This document shows, piece after piece, positions 20,055-28,650 of a stretch of 64,000 nt of DNA. The notes beneath the pieces were generated by a model, which made no database searches, was not told the DNA's origin, and was given only the letters and a program-made list of their open reading frames with translations. A program made the translations under genes and the position numbers. Where the stretch lies: positions 1 to 64,000 of the forward strand of contig CAYVLA010000004.1 in NCBI GenBank assembly GCA_964452145.1, written 5' to 3'. The DNA comes from Candidatus Hadarchaeota archaeon. GTDB lineage: Archaea; CAYQAE01; CAYVLA01. Position 1 is the first letter of the stretch. Every line of letters begins with the position of its first letter.

Positions 20055-21248
20055 TTGTGCGGTCCCAGAACCGAGAGAGGGATATGGATGTCGAGAAGTG
20101 TCGCTGGCCCTGGACGGGTGTGGGCGATGACGGGTCTCCCGGGATACCATTTCTTCGGCTATTACGGGATCCAGCCCTGGGATGGGTCCCAGCGCCGATT
20201 GCTGTGTCTGGAGGCTGACTTCCAGGGCAGAGCTCCCGCCGCCTCGGACCGAGCCACCGTGGGTTATGTGGACTGTGAGACCAAGGAGTACCAACCGGTT
20301 GCCCGAACCGCGGCGTGGAATTTCCAGCAAGGATGCATGCTTCACTGGATGCCTGAATGCCCGGATTCGGAGGTGATCTTCAACGATCGCCTGGGTCGCC
20401 GGTTCGTGTCAGTCCTGCTTGACCTGGAGACGATGGAGAGGCGGGTGCTTCCGCTTCCGGTCAGCGCGCTCAGCCACAGCGGCCGCCTTGCGCTTTCCCT
20501 CAATTTCTCAAGGCTCCATGCCAAGCGCCCGGGGTACGGATATGCGGGGGTGCCGGATGCATACGCCGAGAAGAAGCATCCCGCGGAAGACGGAGTACAG
20601 GCCATGGATCTGGACAGCGGCGAGACCTGGCTCGTCGTATCCATGCAGGATGTCTTTGGACACCACGGAATAGGGGTCGGAACGGTTGAGGCTGAACTCT
20701 GGTTCAACCATACCCTCTTCAACACCGATGACACCAGGTTCGCCTTCCTCTCTCGCTTCTCGGCAGGTGGTCGTCGGAGATCGGCCATGTTCACATGCGA
20801 CCTCGACGGCTCCGATCTTCGCTGCCTCATCGACTACGGCCTGGTCTCCCACTTTGACTGGTTCGAACCCAACCGGATCCTTGTGTGGGCCGACATCGAG
20901 GATCGTGGGGAGGCGTTCTACATGGTCCGTGACGATGATGGAGAGGCCCAGAAGATCGGTGAAGGGGTCCTAACCAGCGACGGCCACTGCAGCTTCTCGC
21001 CCGATCGAAGATGGCTTCTGACAGACACCTACCCGAGGGAGGATAAGAGATCCATGATGCTCTACGACATGGAGGCCGGCGTTGTCATCCCTCTGGGGAG
21101 CTTCTACTCAGACCCCGCGCTGGTGGGCGAGATCCGCTGCGACCTACACCCGAGATGGAACAGGGAGGGGGACATGGTCTGCTTCGATTCCACACACGAA
21201 GGCTCCCGCCAGCTCTACGTCATGGGGCTGCCGGGCTTAACGGGGTGA
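20055..21248 (+). CDS. Oligogalacturonate lyase/TolB-like beta-propeller protein
   Basis: HFFGYY, AWNFQQG, WFNHTLFN, DGHCSFSPD..TDTYP and RCDLHPRW..FDS. Confidence 0.7.
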   Translation: MCGPRTERGIWMSRSVAGPGRVWAMTGLPGYHFFGYYGIQPWDGSQRRLLCLEADFQGRAPAASDRATVGYVDCETKEYQPVARTAAWNFQQGCMLHWMPECPDSEVIFNDRLGRRFVSVLLDLETMERRVLPLPVSALSHSGRLALSLNFSRLHAKRPGYGYAGVPDAYAEKKHPAEDGVQAMDLDSGETWLVVSMQDVFGHHGIGVGTVEAELWFNHTLFNTDDTRFAFLSRFSAGGRRRSAMFTCDLDGSDLRCLIDYGLVSHFDWFEPNRILVWADIEDRGEAFYMVRDDDGEAQKIGEGVLTSDGHCSFSPDRRWLLTDTYPREDKRSMMLYDMEAGVVIPLGSFYSDPALVGEIRCDLHPRWNREGDMVCFDSTHEGSRQLYVMGLPGLTG

Positions 21249-21255
21249 TGGGTCT

Positions 21256-22275
21256 TCAGATGTTGGAGTAGAAGGCCTTCGGGACCAGTTCGGACCAGTC
21301 CCGGACGGATGAAAGGTGTCGTCTGATGTCCACGCAGAGATGGCACTTCCCCGCGTATCCCTCCTGCCTCTCCCGGTAGCCGCTGGCGGTTGCGAGCTCG
21401 TAGAGACCGAAGGGACCGAACCGGATCAAACGGTCTATCAGCGGCGGATAGATGCCGGCCCGAAACTCCTCCGAAAGCTCGGGCAACCGTCTCCATGGCC
21501 CGACGCTCAGCCCTCCGCAGAACCATTGTATGTAGTTCCCATAGAGGTCGAAGTGAGAATGGTGAGCGAACAGGATCTCCCGGAGGCAGTTCTCACCCCT
21601 GAACTCCTCTGCTGGGTGCATGGCGGCCAGGAATCCCAGCCGGTACCCCGAGCGTCCCCCAGATATTATGGAGTAGCCGTCCCAGAGCATGCTGCAGGCC
21701 TTCGAGACGCCGAATCTCTGTACGTATTCAGCGACGCCGGTGGTGCGGCTTGTGTCGAAGAGCTGCAGCTGTCCGGCACAGTGGGGCAGGTAAATCGTTA
21801 CTTTCCGGGGTCCGAACACATCCAGGGCCGCCTCTATGGCTGCAAAGGTCCTCTTCGGCGGTATCGTCTCGGCGTGAAAGGGCGAGCAGCTCACTAGGAC
21901 TTCCTCCAGGCCGGATTCCTTCAGATCCGAGAAGACTCTCTCTCCCCTCTCACGGTTCGTGCACCAGGCCGCGCTTGTTTCTGCGTAGCTCATTATGCCC
22001 AGGCGCGTGGCTTCGCGAATAGCGTGCTTGAGCAGGGATAGGTTCAGGAACGGCTCGCCGCCGGTGAGATGTACCTTGTATGGATGGTCCCACTGCGTTG
22101 TGGCTTCCAGTGCCTCGGTTACGGCGCTGGGATGCATCCAATCCTTCCAGCCGGGCCCGCAGTTGTAGAGGCAGTGCCTGCAGGAGCTTGTGCATCTGTA
22201 GGTCAAGATGATGCCGATGTCGGATGGCCGAAGAACCATGTCGGACATCGGCTCCAATGTGGCGTACGACTTCAT
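21256..22275 (-). CDS. Radical SAM protein
   Basis: LTYRCTSSCRHC (CxxxCxxC), TGGEPF, C-terminal KCHLC; start uncertain. Confidence 0.88.
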   Translation of the reverse strand: MKSYATLEPMSDMVLRPSDIGIILTYRCTSSCRHCLYNCGPGWKDWMHPSAVTEALEATTQWDHPYKVHLTGGEPFLNLSLLKHAIREATRLGIMSYAETSAAWCTNRERGERVFSDLKESGLEEVLVSCSPFHAETIPPKRTFAAIEAALDVFGPRKVTIYLPHCAGQLQLFDTSRTTGVAEYVQRFGVSKACSMLWDGYSIISGGRSGYRLGFLAAMHPAEEFRGENCLREILFAHHSHFDLYGNYIQWFCGGLSVGPWRRLPELSEEFRAGIYPPLIDRLIRFGPFGLYELATASGYRERQEGYAGKCHLCVDIRRHLSSVRDWSELVPKAFYSNI

Positions 22276-22352
22276 GTGTGTTTCCCATCGATAATCGTCG
22301 GTTCGCCCGTGGCATCTGAGAAGACAAGAACGCAGGACGCGGGGCATCCTTT

Positions 22353-24677
22353 ATGAGGATGCTGCGCATGCGGCAGCAGGGGATGGACGTGGCTGCAGAG
22401 GAGGACATCTGGAGGATCCCCCTTCACGAGAAGGCGGAGATATTCGAAGCAAACATCCTGAAGAATCACTGGATCGATGGTCTGTACCCTTCGATCGTTG
22501 AAGTCCCGGTGGAGGGCGGTTCGGTGGACCAGTCCACGGGTGGCTACAGCAACGTGGCCCACTCAATATGCTGGACGGCCAACTACCTAGCGGGACAGGC
22601 ATACCGCTATCGCTTCACCCGGAAAAGGGAAGTGAGGAGGCACGCCGGGAGGGTTCTGGACGCCATGGTTCGCTGCATGCAGGTCACCGGGGTGAAGGGT
22701 CTGCAGGCCAGGGGATACGTCCTTGGGCACGGTGAATCCTACGAGGAGAGGGAGGGATCAAGCAAGAGCAATGCGTGGCACCAAGGTGTGGGGAGGTTCC
22801 CAAATCTTCGATGGAGAGGCGACCCGAGCCACCACAACTACAGTGACGCCATCCATGGATACGCTGCCTTCTACGATCTGGCCGCCGACGATCGGCAACG
22901 ACGCATCATCAGGAGGGCTGTCCACGATCTGGTCGGATACTGGGCGTTCAACGGCGGGCTCATACGGAGGTTTGATGGGACCGTGAGCACCCACATCCTT
23001 GGCATGACCGACGGCAGGACGCCGAACCTGCGGACCGTGATGGCTGCGGCTGGTCTGAAGGCCGCCCACCACATCACGGGCGATCATCGCTTCGACGAGG
23101 AGTACCAGAAACTGGTGGAACAGTTCGGCTTCCGAAGCTGGAAGCGCTTCCCCCAGAAGATGGCTAGGCGCCACGGCCACGACGATGCAGAGCATGTCTT
23201 CGGGCATCTCGACAACCTCTTCAGGCAGGAGAGGGACCCGGAACTACTAACCTTCTACAGAAAAGTTCTGGATGCCCTTTGGGAGAACCACGGAGAAGAC
23301 CGCCAATCGCTGTTCAACTACACATACATCTCACTCGTGCCGGACTCCCCGGACAGGGAGAAGACACTCAGGGAGGCCATGTGGACCTTGCGAACCTGGC
23401 CGGTGAACAGGCTTTTCCGGCCCAGGATGAATAGCATAAGGAAAGACATCGAGATCGTTAACGGGCTGTCCGCCAAGCCTCTGCCCATGTACGAGAGCCC
23501 ATGGGACAACGAGTACCAGTGGAAGGGCAGTCTCTATTGGCTGGACGGTTGGCTCAGCCGGATCGTCACATCCGTGGCGGTCCCCCTGGAGGACCCGATG
23601 GTAGTCTACGCCGCGGACGAGAGAGGCGACATCTACAGATCGGTCGATGGCGGATCCACTTGGAGACAAATTGCGCGATCACTAGGCAGAAAGGCGAACT
23701 TCCTCGCTGCCTCCGGCAAGGTCAGGATCGTGTTCGCGGGCTGCGACGATGGCTTCTACAAGAGCACGACCGGCGGTGAACGATGGTCGAGGATGCCGGT
23801 TCCCCGCGATGGTGGCAGACCGATTGGCTTGGTGGTGGATCCCGCTATTGAGAACGTGCTCTACGCCGTGGCAGAGAGAGCGGTGTACCGCAGCTTGGAT
23901 CACGGCGAGCGTTGGCTGGGGGAGAGGTGGGAGCCTCTAACGGAGGATCTCCCCCCGTTCGAGCAGGCCCTTTTCGCGGTGGCCACCGGCCAGCCCGTGG
24001 TCGTCTACGCCCTTCTGGATGGCCGGGTCTATGCAAGAGGCCCGGATGATGGATGGAGGAGGGGGGCATTTGCCGGCATCCCCGAATACGCCAGCCATCT
24101 TCCGTTTCTCGTCGTTCATCCGGCACATGCCAAGATTCTGTACACAGCAGTGAAGGTCTCATACGAGGATCTGTCGCTGAACATCGTCTTCAGGAGCGAG
24201 GATGGCGGGCTGACCTGGAACAACGACCTGTCCCGCCTGTATCGACGATACGTTGCCAGATACGAGGCAAATGAGGGCTTCCCCAACGATCTGAAGGGGG
24301 ATCTTCATGGACTGGCGGTTTGTGAACAGGATGACTCCCTTGTTGCTGCGACGAGCATGGGCGTCATGAGAAGCCAAGATGGGGGCGAGAACTGGTTTCA
24401 GTGGAACACGGGCCTGAACATACCGATCGCCCGGTCCGTCTTCGCTCCTAGAGGATGCTCTCGGCTCTACGTGGGCACGCCTGGCGGCCTGTATCACGCC
24501 GCACAGGGCGGAGAAGCCTGGACTAACTCCAACCTGATGCTGATCTTCCGCAGCAACATACGGAGGGAGATCGGATCGGCAGACTATCTGGATGCCTACT
24601 GGATGGCGAGATATCACGGCTTCATAACGGAGGAAGAGGCGACGATGGATCCTTCCCTGTGGGACATGGATGTCTAG
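22353..24677 (+). CDS. Large hypothetical protein: helical N-terminal domain plus BNR/Asp-box beta-propeller
   Basis: Repeated SxDGGxxW-type boxes: RSVDGGSTW, KSTTGGERW, RSLDHGERW, RSEDGGLTW and RSQDGGENW. Confidence 0.75.
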   Translation: MRMLRMRQQGMDVAAEEDIWRIPLHEKAEIFEANILKNHWIDGLYPSIVEVPVEGGSVDQSTGGYSNVAHSICWTANYLAGQAYRYRFTRKREVRRHAGRVLDAMVRCMQVTGVKGLQARGYVLGHGESYEEREGSSKSNAWHQGVGRFPNLRWRGDPSHHNYSDAIHGYAAFYDLAADDRQRRIIRRAVHDLVGYWAFNGGLIRRFDGTVSTHILGMTDGRTPNLRTVMAAAGLKAAHHITGDHRFDEEYQKLVEQFGFRSWKRFPQKMARRHGHDDAEHVFGHLDNLFRQERDPELLTFYRKVLDALWENHGEDRQSLFNYTYISLVPDSPDREKTLREAMWTLRTWPVNRLFRPRMNSIRKDIEIVNGLSAKPLPMYESPWDNEYQWKGSLYWLDGWLSRIVTSVAVPLEDPMVVYAADERGDIYRSVDGGSTWRQIARSLGRKANFLAASGKVRIVFAGCDDGFYKSTTGGERWSRMPVPRDGGRPIGLVVDPAIENVLYAVAERAVYRSLDHGERWLGERWEPLTEDLPPFEQALFAVATGQPVVVYALLDGRVYARGPDDGWRRGAFAGIPEYASHLPFLVVHPAHAKILYTAVKVSYEDLSLNIVFRSEDGGLTWNNDLSRLYRRYVARYEANEGFPNDLKGDLHGLAVCEQDDSLVAATSMGVMRSQDGGENWFQWNTGLNIPIARSVFAPRGCSRLYVGTPGGLYHAAQGGEAWTNSNLMLIFRSNIRREIGSADYLDAYWMARYHGFITEEEATMDPSLWDMDV

Positions 24678-24731
24678 CGATCAGCGCCCACAATCGTAGT
24701 CCAGCCTGCTCCTGTGCATCAGGGAGGCGAC

Positions 24732-24998
24732 CTACCTGTACCATCCCCGGATCGTTCGCCGATCGACTCCCACTGCCCGGGCCACCTTCTGCTGTGAGAC
24801 CTGCTGGTCAAGCATGATGAGGGCCATGTAGAGGACACAACCATTTGGGACCTTGGGTCCCGGGGTTCCCTCGGGCTCGGCCGCCCCGAAATCACGGATC
24901 ATGCTGGCGGCACGCTGGAGGACTTCGTCTGTTGCCACCAACTCCGGGGCCAACGCGACAAGCCCTGGGTTGCGAGGCGGATGCGAACGCATGGACAA
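24732..24998 (-). CDS. Small TFIIB/TFB cyclin-repeat-like protein or gene remnant
   Basis: GCVLYMALIMLDQQVSQQKVARAVGVDRRTIRGWYR resembles the TFB C-terminal repeat HTH. Confidence 0.5.
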   Translation of the reverse strand: MSMRSHPPRNPGLVALAPELVATDEVLQRAASMIRDFGAAEPEGTPGPKVPNGCVLYMALIMLDQQVSQQKVARAVGVDRRTIRGWYR

Positions 24999-25015
24999 CG
25001 CCTCGCCGACGAGGC

Positions 25016-27373
25016 CTAGGTCGCCATCTCGTCCCAGTCCACCCTGAGAGGCCGCTGCACGATCTTTTCCGCCTTTGCCTCCCCCTCCTCCAACTCGGTT
25101 AGTTCCTCTTCCGAGACTCCGCTTCCCCCCAGCATCTCGCTGACAACATTCAATGTCTCGCCGTAACCCCCGGCTTTCTCTACCCGCAGGGGCTTGTCAA
25201 CGAAGCTATATTCGATGTGTCTGTAGACATGAACCAGATCGGTCAGCTGGACGTCGGCCATCCCATCAGCCATCTTCTTCCTGAGGACGTCTATGAAGAC
25301 CGAGAATCTGGGTCGATAGTAGAACTTGACGACCTCGTAGAAGTCCCTGCGGGTGTAGTCAACGAGCCATTCGGAGGGGGCTGTTCGATCCCAGACGGTG
25401 TAGACCTCCTTGACCCGTGCCTCGATGTCGGGCCCCGCGTCCGGCAGCGCTCTCGCGGTCTCAACGACGCTGGCAATGTGGTAGTACGGGTCGGTGATGA
25501 GCAACCTCTCGAGTCTCTCCAGGATCGCGTCAAGGCTTCTTGCGTGGGACTCGAATGGCTCCGTCTCCCCCTTCCTGAAAGCCCGGTAGAGCTTCATCAT
25601 CCGATAATTAAACAGTTCACCGAGGTACTGGCGCGCGATGTCCACGATGTCATGGTGGAAGAGAGGATTATCCCTCTGCCGCTCGGCCTCGCCGAAAGCC
25701 GTCCTCAGGGCCCTCTCCAGGCTCAGAACGAACCACTTCCTCCTGTCCCACAACTCCAGCATCTCGTCCGTTATCCCCCTTCCTCCTTGGAGGAAGTGGG
25801 CGTGGGTCATCTGATAGAACGGCGTCATTGCGTCATGGTTACATCTTATGTCGACTTTGTAGACGCTTCTCGACAACTCCTTCAGGCAACCGGTCATCGC
25901 CTCTGCCGAAGCATCCCCGTATCGGCGGACTGCGTAGTCCTCAAGGAATCCGTCCAGCTCGACGCCGGCAGGGTTCCATGCCAGCCTGGCGACCAGATCG
26001 AAGTAAAGGTAGTTGTGGTGCACGATCTCGGGCGCGAGGGTCAAACCGATGCATCGCTCGGCTCTGGGGTCGGAGTCCAGATCGTTCACTCGCCGCACGA
26101 TGCCCCCGAGATCCCCGTGGAGACTGGTATTACCGCCGAAGGAGTGGATCACGCCCAGTGACCAGTACTTGCCGAAGAAGTACTCCAGTTCCCGGTACAG
26201 AGGGTTGACGTCGCCCCATGTGTCGTATATCAGCAGCATCTCGGTAGGGATCGCGTCCAGGAAGGCCCTCACGTCCTCCTTGGGCCAGACCTTCCTGTCC
26301 TGGAATCGCCAGGAATCGGTGAGCCAGATGGCATCGGGGTCGACCCCTCTCAGAAGTTTGGCCATCGCCCGGGCCATGTCCACCTTTATCTGTCGCCTCT
26401 CCTCGGGCGTGGTCCCTATGCTGGATTCCCCCGGCGGGCCCTGAAAGTAGATCTGGTCGGTGCCATGCCTTCTGTTGTTCTCCTCGATCAGACGCCTCCC
26501 GAACTCTGAGAACATGGGGTCAAGCGGATGGATGATGGTCTGGGGAGGCGTCCCGCCCCACTTGAAGTATCTGTACTGAGCCTCCGGATGAGCTGCGACC
26601 AGTTCGCACGAATCCATGAGGGCCTCCAGCATGTTCATGGTCGGCGGTCTCCTATTCCCCGGCTTCCCAAGCTCGCCACTATAGCCTGAGCCTATCGTCC
26701 GCAGTCCAAGCCTGCGAGCATGTGAAAGGATCTTCCCGACCAGCCGGTCTGTCGATCTCTCCGAGGGCGTGACCGGACCCTGTCCTGCCCCGAACTCCTG
26801 CAGGACATTCTTCCACACTACCCTGGAGGTCGAAGGACCAGCTATCACGTTGAACCTCTTCTTCGCCGCCCATTCGATCTCGCGCTTCCACTCCGGCCAG
26901 CCCCAGGCAAAGGAGGAGTAGCCACCCATGGAGTATTGCCTGTGCCGGAATCGAGGCCTTTGGACCTCGTTTAGGCCATCGACGGCCACCTCCCGCCTCG
27001 GTATCTGCTCCCCGTCCCAGAAGAAGCCGACCTTGGCGTATCTCTCAAGATAGTGGTAGACTGCGTACAGAGTCCCAGCCGGGCTCCCACCATAGAGAAG
27101 CAGGAAGTTTGCTGCTCCATCCACCACCGATCGGATGAGGAAGCCTTCCTCGCCCAGATCCTGGGGTATCTGGATCAGGCCCCGTGTGGCGATCCGTCGC
27201 GAGATGATATTCTCCCCGACAAGAAACGCCGGCGAGACGCGAGCGCGGGCGTCGTACTGATGGTCGGTCTGGAGCTTCTGATTCCTTCCTGAGATCACGG
27301 TGAGATAGCGGCTCAGCTCCTTGGCTGCGTGTCTCTCCAACCAGGTTGCGCCTCTGCCGTAGACCACGACCAT
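25016..27373 (-). CDS. Alpha-N-acetylglucosaminidase-like glycoside hydrolase (GH89)
   Basis: WGWPEWKREIEW, IHSFGGNTSLHG, GLTLAPEIVHHN, DIVDIARQYL and FYYRPRF; GGAGG SD before ATG 27373. Confidence 0.8.
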   Translation of the reverse strand: MVVVYGRGATWLERHAAKELSRYLTVISGRNQKLQTDHQYDARARVSPAFLVGENIISRRIATRGLIQIPQDLGEEGFLIRSVVDGAANFLLLYGGSPAGTLYAVYHYLERYAKVGFFWDGEQIPRREVAVDGLNEVQRPRFRHRQYSMGGYSSFAWGWPEWKREIEWAAKKRFNVIAGPSTSRVVWKNVLQEFGAGQGPVTPSERSTDRLVGKILSHARRLGLRTIGSGYSGELGKPGNRRPPTMNMLEALMDSCELVAAHPEAQYRYFKWGGTPPQTIIHPLDPMFSEFGRRLIEENNRRHGTDQIYFQGPPGESSIGTTPEERRQIKVDMARAMAKLLRGVDPDAIWLTDSWRFQDRKVWPKEDVRAFLDAIPTEMLLIYDTWGDVNPLYRELEYFFGKYWSLGVIHSFGGNTSLHGDLGGIVRRVNDLDSDPRAERCIGLTLAPEIVHHNYLYFDLVARLAWNPAGVELDGFLEDYAVRRYGDASAEAMTGCLKELSRSVYKVDIRCNHDAMTPFYQMTHAHFLQGGRGITDEMLELWDRRKWFVLSLERALRTAFGEAERQRDNPLFHHDIVDIARQYLGELFNYRMMKLYRAFRKGETEPFESHARSLDAILERLERLLITDPYYHIASVVETARALPDAGPDIEARVKEVYTVWDRTAPSEWLVDYTRRDFYEVVKFYYRPRFSVFIDVLRKKMADGMADVQLTDLVHVYRHIEYSFVDKPLRVEKAGGYGETLNVVSEMLGGSGVSEEELTELEEGEAKAEKIVQRPLRVDWDEMAT

Positions 27374-27532
27374 GCCGCTGTCAACCTCCCAGTCCTGTTT
27401 GGATCGGCTGACCCGGGATCGAACAGGCTCTTTAATTCTCCATCCGAGGATGGTTGGACCGAGCATGAAGGGTAAGCAGTGAGTAAGGAACGGACCGTCG
27501 GATTTAATAGTCTCATGGGTCGATCGCCGCCC

Positions 27533-28486
27533 ATGCTCCTCAAAGCGAACGGTGTAGAGGTAGAGGACACCTACTGCGAGGCTTTCGAGGGCCTCTATTC
27601 GCGGATGCTTGTGACGGCCGCCGATCGGAAGCGGCTGGAACGGGCGGTCTCCGCGGCCACGGCTCTCCCGTGCACCGTGTTCGGTGAGTCGGAGGCCGGG
27701 ATAGAGTCATGGGTTGGACCTGCGGAGACCCCGGATGGCAGAATGGGCGCGGTCATACAGGTGTGGGTCGGCAGAGCCAAGTCCAACAAGTGCCCCCGTT
27801 GTGGGCACAGCTGGAAGCCCCACAAGACCACGGCTGGGACGCTGGAGTTCGAGATGAGCAAGAGGATCAGGCAGGGCATACTGGTGGTGCCGACTACTCG
27901 CATCTTCAATCATCTGGACTCCGACAAGAAGCTGGGCATGATCGAGAGGGTCGGCCATTGCGGGGACGGGTATGAGTGGATTGAGAAGAGATACGGGCGG
28001 GAGATGATAAACGTGCCCCTGATGATGGGCGAGTTCCTGATCGAAAGCCAGATGGGGTACAACACGGGGGTCATGGGGGGCAACGTGTGGTTCCTGTGCG
28101 ATTCCGTCGAGTCGGCCCTTGAGGTCGGCGACAGGGCGGTCGAGGCACTGGAGGACATGCAGGGCGTCATCACCTCCTTCGACATATGCTCGGCCGGATC
28201 CAAGGTCGAGACCCGGTTTCCCGAGATCGGTCCGACCACAAATCATCCGTACTGCCCCACGCTTCGGTCCAGGATCAGCGACTCGGCCGTGCCGAAAGGA
28301 GTGGAGAGCATACCCGAGATCGTGATAAACGGAATGACGCTGGACTTGGTGAAATGGGCCATGAAGGTCGCCCTTCTGAGCGCCAAGGATGTCCCTGGCG
28401 TGCTGAGAATGTCGGCCGGCAACTACGGAGGCAAGCTCGGCAAGCACAGGATATACCTTCGTGAGATCCTTTCCGCCGGGAAATGA
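27533..28486 (+). CDS. ftr: Formylmethanofuran:tetrahydromethanopterin formyltransferase
   Basis: NGVEVEDTYCEAF, ETPDGR.G, GVMGGN, GSKV, TNHPYCPTL, EIVING and SAGNYGGKLG; TTTAATA about 25 nt upstream. Confidence 0.92.
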   Translation: MLLKANGVEVEDTYCEAFEGLYSRMLVTAADRKRLERAVSAATALPCTVFGESEAGIESWVGPAETPDGRMGAVIQVWVGRAKSNKCPRCGHSWKPHKTTAGTLEFEMSKRIRQGILVVPTTRIFNHLDSDKKLGMIERVGHCGDGYEWIEKRYGREMINVPLMMGEFLIESQMGYNTGVMGGNVWFLCDSVESALEVGDRAVEALEDMQGVITSFDICSAGSKVETRFPEIGPTTNHPYCPTLRSRISDSAVPKGVESIPEIVINGMTLDLVKWAMKVALLSAKDVPGVLRMSAGNYGGKLGKHRIYLREILSAGK

Positions 28487-28650
28487 TGGAATTGGGTTGG
28501 GGTCAGGGCCTTTGGTCAGGCATGACGCTGCCGGTTCTGCCGAAGCGCTCGAAGCCGTCCCTGTCGAAGAACATCTGTTCTAGTATCTGTTCTGCCGACG
28601 CGGATTCCATCTTCGGCCTGGCGATGTGAGATTGGCGTGGTAGCTCGTGG

